Virus record (IMG/VR): IMGVR_UViG_3300020165_000007
Location: 62,001-126,000 of that record
Length of the DNA stretch: 64,000 nt
Direction: 5' to 3' (one strand)
Both the position numbers and the translations under genes were made by a program. How positions within the stretch are numbered: position 1 is the first letter of the stretch; every line of letters starts with the position of its first letter. The notes beneath the pieces are model-generated. The model saw only the letters and a list, made by a program, of their open reading frames with translations. It was not told the origin of the DNA and did no database searches. Positions 9,491 to 17,054 of this stretch are shown here, piece after piece.

Positions 9491-9522
9491 CAAAGATAAT
9501 CTACAATTTAAAGTTTGTCAAA
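9491..9522 (-). promoter_or_regulatory. Bacteroidota housekeeping-sigma promoter TTTG-N20-TATCTTTG driving DNA polymerase
   Basis: Exact match to the -33 TTTG / -7 TAnnTTTG consensus on the minus strand. Confidence 0.75.
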
Positions 9523-9871
9523 TAATATTAATAAATAAAGGCTCCCTGATTGGCGCTATTAAAATCCCGTCTTTGGTTGTAATTGAGAACTCTCCGATAA
9601 AACGACCTTTTTGGTTTGTATCTCTCGAAGTCCATTTATAATATATGTAATACTCTCGTGGTGTGTCAGGATTTATTAATAACTTTTCAGTTATGTATGC
9701 GTTATTCATAATAATTTTTTCCAAACCATCCGACTCTCTTTTCATTGAAAACCTTATAACTGAGTTTACAAGTTCTTCATTAAATTTCTGATATGAGTCA
9801 GTTCTCCCATCCTGAACTATTTCCATAATTAGGATGGGAGACTCACTATTTTTATTTATAAAAAATTCCAT
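9518..9871 (-). CDS. BppU-N-like small structural protein (baseplate/fibre anchor)
   Basis: MEFFINKNSESPILIMEI...FSMK...YYIYYKWTSRDTNQKGRFIGEFSI...IAPIREPLFINI; paralogous to the N-terminus of the 17055-20606 protein. Confidence 0.6.
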   Translation of the reverse strand: MEFFINKNSESPILIMEIVQDGRTDSYQKFNEELVNSVIRFSMKRESDGLEKIIMNNAYITEKLLINPDTPREYYIYYKWTSRDTNQKGRFIGEFSITTKDGILIAPIREPLFINII

Positions 9872-9872
9872 A

Positions 9873-12800
9873 TTAACAAGACGGACATTCTATAATTTTG
9901 AACCCGTAAGCGGTACTGTTAAATAACCCTCCGTAAACTGTTAAAGTATAAATTGATTCTCCCTGAGGTTTTTCAAAAGAGAATACTCGTGAGCCATTTG
10001 AATATCCTCCACAACCCGCATAAGTATCTAGGGGGATTGAAGGGGTCAAGCCGCATGAGCCAGGAGATACATAAACATTACTATTAAGATTAAAATATTC
10101 TAAAGTACCTCCAATTTGACCTTTTGCACCATATCTAGAAACACCATTATCGTCCCATACATTATCATATAATGGATATGTGTAATTACCAGCATCCGAA
10201 TGGTAAGGGAAGTCGGTTACCGTAACAGGTACCGATTGGGTGCTGGTGAACTCTAACTGGTCAGTGTCGTTATTCCACGTAAATACATTACATATATACG
10301 GACTATTCTCAACTCTACTATCAACCAAAGACTCATTAGATGGTTGACCTAACAGTAAACTATCGATAACAACCTCATCTGAGTTATTTTTAACAACAAA
10401 CCGGTCATGAGCACTCTGTGCGTATAATGCGAATTTTACCGTACCCGCACAAGACGATAAATTAAGTGTCGCATTTATAACGGTCTTTGATGTAGAATAT
10501 GATTGTATAGTCCCATCGGGGTTTAAAACATTATTAAAGTTTGAAGTACTAATAGTAAAATTATCAGCACACTGTATAGCTTCAGGTATAGGTGATGACG
10601 TTACCGAAGGTGTTGGAGTAATGGTAGGTGTGATTGATGGTGTGATAGTAGGTGTGATGGTAGGTGTTGGTGTCGGTGTATTTGATGCACAACTTTCACA
10701 TCCTAAGGGGTAAGTTAAAACCTGTCCTACAACGGGACCTAACTGTGTTACGCCAGACCACGGGATTGCTAATTCACTAGGAACAAAGCTAAGATAACAA
10801 TCCCCATTTACTGATAACTCGTCTTGAAAGTCCACAAAATAATAAGTGGCCGATGCGCCGTATTGGGGTATGTAGCTAAAATCTGGTCCCGTTAAGTCGC
10901 CACTCGAATCCCATATAAAATATCCGTTTCCTGTTGTACATCCGGTAAAATAACCCGTCACTGTACACTCTATATCGAATGCATTAGCGGCATCGAAACA
11001 ATTATTTACTCCTCCCTGAAATATATCTTCGTCGTCTAAATAAAAATATGCAACATCTTCCGAAGGTGAAGTTCCGATTACCCTCCACGATAAGGGGTCT
11101 CCAGGGTTGGAATAATTCCAAACAAATACGTCACCATTATTAAGAGATGTGATGGTACCATTAAAAATAACACCCAAAACATACCCATCAGTATCATCAC
11201 TAACTGCTGAACAACACGGAATCACTTCGTAATAAACAATGGGTAGTGGTGGTGAAGAACTTGGAGTCACTGAAGGTGTTACGGTCATAGTTACCGATGG
11301 TGTCATAGTTACTGATGGTGTCATAGTTACTGATGGTGTCACAGTTACTGATGGTGTCACACTAGGTGTAACTGTTGGACATGGTTCACATAGTTGAGGG
11401 TTTAATATTAAGTCAGTACATATATTTTCTAAAAAGTTGTCTGAATTTATTGTAATACTACCGCTTCCACTACCTTGACCTTCAATGAATACAAAACAAT
11501 TTCCTGAATATGAGAATCCATGAAATCCTAAAATAGGTTGGTCTCCCACTACTGTAACAAACAAATCTTCAACTCCACTTGTACAACAAGACTCCGCTCG
11601 ATATAATGAAGTACATGGGTTTGACGCTAAACACGAAGAACAGTTATCAAATCCGGTACTATTGTCTATTGTAAAAGAAGGTGTTAAAGTATTGTCTAAT
11701 ACAAAGTTTATCACAGTATAACATTGTGGTAATATGTTTTGAGTCCCGTCACCACCAAAATAGAAAGTGTCATTTGATTGAGTTATTTGATTAGTAAACT
11801 GAACATGCTCCAAATATGTTTCATTATCGCAACACCCACTTAATAATACTTTATATACAAATTGTGTAGGTGTCGAACTTGGAGTGACTGTGGGGGTAAC
11901 CGTATTAGTTGGTGTTATAGATGGTGTTATAGTTGGTGTTATAGATGGTGTTGGTGTCATTGAAGGTGTAGGTGTTGGTGTAGGAATCTCATCTTCAATA
12001 CATTCTGTACATCCTGAGTATACAGTATCAATACTAAAATTAATGACAGGTTGGTCTATACTGTTAACATCTCCCACATACTCATAGCAATTTTCTTCTT
12101 GAGTGACGTAGTAAATACCATTTAGTGTTGGATTAAGACCTTGAGTATACACCGAAGGACATGTTATTTGTTCTTGAATATATGATTGTAATTCTCCATA
12201 TATTGACAACATTACAAGTAGGTCCAAAGTAGTAAGGACCCCGTCAACTCCACCAAACGTATCACAAAAATATTCAATATTAGTACATGGACTATTAAGA
12301 TAAAAAATGAAACACGCAAACATTGCGGCGTCAGTTATAACACCATTTTCATCCGCTAAAGGTGCCAAATGTGATGGTTCTTGAATTACTGTAGGTATAT
12401 TGTATGTCACACCATCTGCGTTTGTATACGGTACTGTGTCGTAAGGATATGAAACTACGGTACATTGTTCGGAACAACCTGTATATTTTTGTAAACAAGG
12501 ATGATTATTTGTACATGAAGTACAACTTACTGACCCATAATTTTCGGTAATAGTCCCTTGTGAAGGCCCTGTTTGTGCCGACGATGAAAGTATTTTGTAA
12601 CATCCAGAAGTAAAACTACTACTATAAGATGAGTTATTATTAATAAAATAAACGTAGTCATTAACGTTTGCAGATACGTTTAATGTGGTATTTGCAGTAT
12701 AGGTAATTCCATCACAACAACCTTCCAGTGTCAATAGGTTAGTTACGATAGTCCATGAGTCGGGAGTTGTACTTGGTGTGGGTGTAGGTGTTGGCGTTGG

Positions 12801-14204
12801 ACAATCAGGACATAACTGTTCACCACAAATGTTATTAAACACAAAACTGTTTTGACTAATTATAATTGAGGGATTATTTTGATTTTGTTCCATGTAGAGA
12901 AGTCTATAACAGTTACCGTTATAGAAAAATCCAGGGTTAAGGGATAATATAGGTGTAGAATTTAAAAGTAATTGTACCGTTATTTGGTCTCCGCTATTGC
13001 AACAATTTTCAGCTCTAAATAAACTGTTTGTTTGTTCACATGGGTCAAAGTTATTTTGATTATAATTAAAACATTGTAGACATGATAGATGAGTACTCGA
13101 TACTGAGTGTATTACATCACTTGCGTCTAAACCATTCACCCCAAATAAAGTATAACAACCAGGCTCAATCTGAGCGTTTCCATCATACATTATCCCATCA
13201 AAAAATACTATAGTTCCATTTTCAGGTAAATAGTCCATAGCAAAAGTCACTACAGTAACATCATATGGGGGACAACAAGATTTTGCATATGCGGCAAATT
13301 TATCCTCTGGTTGGTCTGAACATAAACTAGTACATATCGAGCTTTGACAGCTTTGAGCTGATGGTCCGTTAAAAATTAATTGTGTTTGTTGACCTGTTAC
13401 CTGTCCATTACTAACCCAACAAGTACCATTATGAGTGACCGCATTACCATTAAATACCCAACCCCCCGTTTGAGTTTCCGTTAATAAAACTCTGGCTAAT
13501 ATAGTATCCTTAGGATTACAACAATTAATCCATTCATGTGTAGTGTATTGGGGAGGTGGAAAAGTATTATTTAAATATTGTGAATCAGAATTTACGTTAA
13601 TTATCGCATTAGCGTCTGAACATACAATGTTTTCAAACTCATAATAACCTTGTTGTAAATCGGAAAAAGGTATACTAAAGGTTAATTCAGTTGAACCTAA
13701 CGACTCTCTGACGGTGATAGATACTGAACCACTTTGAGTGACAGTCGTCCCCACATCATCTTTTAATTTTAAATCAAAAGAGATTGTAGTGTTGACATTA
13801 ACTAATATATTAGAAATTATATTAACGTAAGTGGTGGTTGTTCCTCCACCCGGTCCCGCTTCAAAAACATTATTTACGGTTAAACGAGGTATGACACCGG
13901 ATATAGGGGTTAACGTAGGAGTTGGTGTCGGTGTAAATGACAGTGTCGGTGTCGGAGTAACTAAATTAACACTACCAGTACAAGAACAACTTGTTACGGT
14001 ATCTATTAATTCATATGTGATACATGTCGAACCTGAAGTGCCCGAAAAATTGGTTGTTTCGAAATAATAAGGAAAATTATCAGGATTTATCAATCCTGTG
14101 GCGATTAATTGTTGGGGACTACCCGGTGCACAATCAGAAATATAAAGCGAATAATCACCTGGTTGAGGGTCTGATGGTGTTAAGTTTACTGAGATATAGG
14201 CCAT
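9873..14204 (-). CDS. 1443-aa Cys-rich repeat, Thr/Pro-linker appendage/tail-fibre-like protein
   Basis: About 9 modules CC...G.CY...CxxC...C separated by (TP)n/TPS linkers; N-terminal and Ig-like domains shared with the neighbouring gene; late motif upstream. Confidence 0.7.
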   Translation of the reverse strand: MAYISVNLTPSDPQPGDYSLYISDCAPGSPQQLIATGLINPDNFPYYFETTNFSGTSGSTCITYELIDTVTSCSCTGSVNLVTPTPTLSFTPTPTPTLTPISGVIPRLTVNNVFEAGPGGGTTTTYVNIISNILVNVNTTISFDLKLKDDVGTTVTQSGSVSITVRESLGSTELTFSIPFSDLQQGYYEFENIVCSDANAIINVNSDSQYLNNTFPPPQYTTHEWINCCNPKDTILARVLLTETQTGGWVFNGNAVTHNGTCWVSNGQVTGQQTQLIFNGPSAQSCQSSICTSLCSDQPEDKFAAYAKSCCPPYDVTVVTFAMDYLPENGTIVFFDGIMYDGNAQIEPGCYTLFGVNGLDASDVIHSVSSTHLSCLQCFNYNQNNFDPCEQTNSLFRAENCCNSGDQITVQLLLNSTPILSLNPGFFYNGNCYRLLYMEQNQNNPSIIISQNSFVFNNICGEQLCPDCPTPTPTPTPSTTPDSWTIVTNLLTLEGCCDGITYTANTTLNVSANVNDYVYFINNNSSYSSSFTSGCYKILSSSAQTGPSQGTITENYGSVSCTSCTNNHPCLQKYTGCSEQCTVVSYPYDTVPYTNADGVTYNIPTVIQEPSHLAPLADENGVITDAAMFACFIFYLNSPCTNIEYFCDTFGGVDGVLTTLDLLVMLSIYGELQSYIQEQITCPSVYTQGLNPTLNGIYYVTQEENCYEYVGDVNSIDQPVINFSIDTVYSGCTECIEDEIPTPTPTPSMTPTPSITPTITPSITPTNTVTPTVTPSSTPTQFVYKVLLSGCCDNETYLEHVQFTNQITQSNDTFYFGGDGTQNILPQCYTVINFVLDNTLTPSFTIDNSTGFDNCSSCLASNPCTSLYRAESCCTSGVEDLFVTVVGDQPILGFHGFSYSGNCFVFIEGQGSGSGSITINSDNFLENICTDLILNPQLCEPCPTVTPSVTPSVTVTPSVTMTPSVTMTPSVTMTVTPSVTPSSSPPLPIVYYEVIPCCSAVSDDTDGYVLGVIFNGTITSLNNGDVFVWNYSNPGDPLSWRVIGTSPSEDVAYFYLDDEDIFQGGVNNCFDAANAFDIECTVTGYFTGCTTGNGYFIWDSSGDLTGPDFSYIPQYGASATYYFVDFQDELSVNGDCYLSFVPSELAIPWSGVTQLGPVVGQVLTYPLGCESCASNTPTPTPTITPTITPSITPTITPTPSVTSSPIPEAIQCADNFTISTSNFNNVLNPDGTIQSYSTSKTVINATLNLSSCAGTVKFALYAQSAHDRFVVKNNSDEVVIDSLLLGQPSNESLVDSRVENSPYICNVFTWNNDTDQLEFTSTQSVPVTVTDFPYHSDAGNYTYPLYDNVWDDNGVSRYGAKGQIGGTLEYFNLNSNVYVSPGSCGLTPSIPLDTYAGCGGYSNGSRVFSFEKPQGESIYTLTVYGGLFNSTAYGFKIIECPSC

Positions 14205-14216
14205 TTTACTTTTTTT

Positions 14217-14225
14217 TATAAATAC
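14217..14225 (-). promoter_or_regulatory. Putative late promoter GTATTTATA
   Basis: Motif 12 nt upstream of ATG 14204. Confidence 0.6.
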
Positions 14226-14234
14226 TATTTATGT

Positions 14235-15737
14235 TTAATTTGTGTTAACATCGCAATTTAATGGAGTTATCGGTGTTTGAGTTGGTGTAACCGATGGGTT
14301 AGGTGTTACGGCTACATCACAACTTAATGGAGTTATTGGTGTTTGAGTTGGTGTAACTGATGGGTTAGGCGTTACGGCTACATCACAACTTAATGGAGTT
14401 ATTGGTGTTTGAGTTGGTGTAACTGATGGGTTAGGTGTTACGGCTACATCACAATCTAAATCGACACACTCAGGGTTAGATGTTGATGGAGTTATTGAGG
14501 GGGTTGTAGTTATTGAGGGAGTCGTTGTTGGTGTTGGTGTCGGACACGCGCAATCACTAGCTTTACATGAATTAAATCTAGGTCCCCATAGGTCACCTAT
14601 GTATGGACTTCCAGACCCTGTACTAAACGGAATATAACAATTACCGTTATAATATATTGCATTACCATTAGTAACCCATCCATTAACTCCGAGGGCTGAT
14701 GCATCAATTTGACCTACCACGTATTGGGGTGAGGTATCTTTACAACAGGCAATAAAACGGTGAGTTTGCCATATAGGGCTATTTTTACCGGTAAAGGTAA
14801 CTGAATTTACTGTGTACGAATCAACCAACTCTCCCGTGGATGAGAAATCTTTAAATTCACTATATGTACCTAATACATCGGTATACGATAAAGAGTTTTC
14901 AGTTATGGTTGCGGTTCCTGAAGTTTGACCTTGATTAATAGTTACTGACACACTAATTTCTACAAAGGTACTATTAGTCCTTTCAAGTCTATTGATAAAG
15001 CTTACTGTAGTATTAGTAGATGCCGCCACATTTGATGTTGCGGTGTAATTACATACTGTTGAACCACTTTCGTAAACAACACCAAAACCAATATTAAAAG
15101 GTATTACTGAAGATGAGGGCGTTACCGATGGAGTCGCGGTTACCGATGGAGTCGCGGTTATCGATGGAGTCGCGGTTACCGATGGAGTTACTGTTATCGA
15201 TGGAGTTGCTGTTATCGATGGAGTTGCTGTTATCGATGGAGTTGCGGTTATCGATGGTGTAGATGTGGGTGAAAGTCCTGGAGTTGCGGTTATCGATGGA
15301 GTTGCTGTTATCGATGGAGTTGCTGTTATCGATGGAGTCGCGGTTATCGATGGAGTTGCTGTTATCGATGGAGTCGCGGTTATCGATGGAGTTGCTGTTA
15401 CCGATGGAGTTGCTGTTATCGATGGTGTAGATGTGGGTGAAAGTCCTGGAGTTGCGGTTATCGATGGTGTTACAGTTACAGTGGGTGTTGGGCTTGGTAA
15501 TAACGTTTGACCACTACAGATTAAACCTGATATAGATTCCGAAACTTTAAAATCATAACAACTTATACTCCCGAACGTTTCGTCTAAATTAACTAAATAA
15601 GGGAAAGAGTCGTAAGTCAACCCTGTAGATATGGTTGTATAAGTGGGAGAAGAGCAATCTTTTAATTCAACTGTAAACGTATTAGTTACTCCAGTTAAAT
15701 TAGTACTTGTTAATAATATTCTAGCGAATGTTGCCAT
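14235..15737 (-). CDS. 500-aa mucin-like (TPSITA repeat) appendage protein with Ig-like and Cys modules
   Basis: N-domain, (TPSITA)n tract, Ig-like domain, CC module and three C-terminal 22-aa repeats. Confidence 0.7.
   Translation of the reverse strand: MATFARILLTSTNLTGVTNTFTVELKDCSSPTYTTISTGLTYDSFPYLVNLDETFGSISCYDFKVSESISGLICSGQTLLPSPTPTVTVTPSITATPGLSPTSTPSITATPSVTATPSITATPSITATPSITATPSITATPSITATPSITATPGLSPTSTPSITATPSITATPSITATPSITVTPSVTATPSITATPSVTATPSVTPSSSVIPFNIGFGVVYESGSTVCNYTATSNVAASTNTTVSFINRLERTNSTFVEISVSVTINQGQTSGTATITENSLSYTDVLGTYSEFKDFSSTGELVDSYTVNSVTFTGKNSPIWQTHRFIACCKDTSPQYVVGQIDASALGVNGWVTNGNAIYYNGNCYIPFSTGSGSPYIGDLWGPRFNSCKASDCACPTPTPTTTPSITTTPSITPSTSNPECVDLDCDVAVTPNPSVTPTQTPITPLSCDVAVTPNPSVTPTQTPITPLSCDVAVTPNPSVTPTQTPITPLNCDVNTN
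14250..14455 (-). repeat. 3 x 66-nt tandem repeat encoding CDVAVTPNPSVTPTQTPITPL(S/N)
   Basis: Near-identical nucleotide units visible at 14260-14455. Confidence 0.85.
15110..15495 (-). repeat. 18-nt tandem repeat array encoding TPS(I/V)TA
   Basis: Repeated gatggagttgc(t/g)gttatc units on the + strand. Confidence 0.9.
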
Positions 15738-15750
15738 TTTACGGTTATCT

Positions 15751-15763
15751 TATAAATAAATAC
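15751..15763 (-). promoter_or_regulatory. Putative late promoter (overlapping double TATTTAT)
   Basis: GTATTTATTTATA upstream of ATG 15737. Confidence 0.55.
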
Positions 15764-15770
15764 TTATAGA

Positions 15771-17027
15771 TTAGTTTATAGTACCCATCTGAAAAAATTT
15801 GTTTTCACCTATTGTTGTTGCACTTAAAGTAGAAAATCCTATTTCATAATGAATTTGAGGATTTAAAGTATTACTATAATTAACTGTTTGTCCTGTAAAG
15901 GGCTCGATATTTAGTTGTTCCGCAACTTTATCAATCCTACAAGCTCTACCAATCGTAAAATATCCGTCAGGACTTCCTGAAGTAGAACCCGCAAAACAAA
16001 GACCTATTATTTTTATTTCTCCATTTATATTTGCTAAAAGAGCGGAACCGGAATCACCTGAATTAATAGGGTAATAACATGAATTACCATTAGTTGTTGT
16101 TGACGCACTAGCAATATATGAAATACACTCGTCATATCTACAAGTAGATTGTGTGGTACTGTTTAATTTATTATTAACATAAACGGTTCCAATCGACAAA
16201 AATCTTAACTTAGTATCCCCCTCTCCTTTAGCTCCTGTCGTTCTACCCACGCTAAAAAAGTCCCATTCATTATTTATTAAGTCATCAATTTCAGATGTTG
16301 TTGCAAATGTAGGTGCTCCCGAAAAACTTAACCCATAATATTTATAAGACTCATTTGAATCAACAACTGACGAATCTAACGTAAATAACGCTCCGTCGAC
16401 GTAATTTATACCACCTAAAGAGTTACTTTTAACCGGTATGTATTTTTTAGTCACACCAACTTGTTGAGAAACTGATGAACTAGGTTGACCCATATCATCC
16501 CCAAATACATTTTCAACACCTCTACTTGGTTGGTTCGCTTCAAAAAATATTTCAGTCATAACATGGGCATTTGTAACCCCAACCAAAGAATCTGTATCTT
16601 TATCTACTGCGATAAATCCCATAGTACCTACCCATGATTTGGTTTGATTTCTAATTTGTAGACCCCCCATTATAGGTCTGATAGTGTTTTGTTGAATCGG
16701 AGTTGTTGCACCTGTCGGATTTAGAACGTTATTCGAGCTCCAAAAATAAAAGTTACTTGGGCAAGCCTCATATGCCGCAAATTCATTAGTTCCTTCTTGA
16801 ACATCGGTTTTTATTACCTCGTCACCTATTTTAATATTTTGTGGTATTATTTCCGCAGAAGTTAGTTCGCTTAATTTCTTTTTTTTCTTAAAACTAAAAA
16901 TTATAGATTTTTCTTTTGTTAATTTTCCGTCCGATTCTTTAAACCCATAACTAATAGATGTGCAATCTTCAGAGGAATTATCCGCTAATTCTTTTATTTT
17001 GTCTTTAATTTTTTGTGTGTATGACAT
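15771..17027 (-). CDS. Trypsin-like (S1, NAL1-like) serine protease
   Basis: Catalytic triad motifs GVTNAHV (His), VDGAL (Asp), SGDSGS (Ser), plus GTMG and IIGLCFAGS; N-terminal K...TDVQE pro-domain-like region. Confidence 0.8.
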   Translation of the reverse strand: MSYTQKIKDKIKELADNSSEDCTSISYGFKESDGKLTKEKSIIFSFKKKKKLSELTSAEIIPQNIKIGDEVIKTDVQEGTNEFAAYEACPSNFYFWSSNNVLNPTGATTPIQQNTIRPIMGGLQIRNQTKSWVGTMGFIAVDKDTDSLVGVTNAHVMTEIFFEANQPSRGVENVFGDDMGQPSSSVSQQVGVTKKYIPVKSNSLGGINYVDGALFTLDSSVVDSNESYKYYGLSFSGAPTFATTSEIDDLINNEWDFFSVGRTTGAKGEGDTKLRFLSIGTVYVNNKLNSTTQSTCRYDECISYIASASTTTNGNSCYYPINSGDSGSALLANINGEIKIIGLCFAGSTSGSPDGYFTIGRACRIDKVAEQLNIEPFTGQTVNYSNTLNPQIHYEIGFSTLSATTIGENKFFQMGTIN

Positions 17028-17039
17028 ATAGATATTTTT

Positions 17040-17048
17040 TATAAATAT
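17040..17048 (-). promoter_or_regulatory. Putative late promoter ATATTTATA
   Basis: Motif 12 nt upstream of protease ATG 17027. Confidence 0.6.
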
Positions 17049-17054
17049 TATTAT

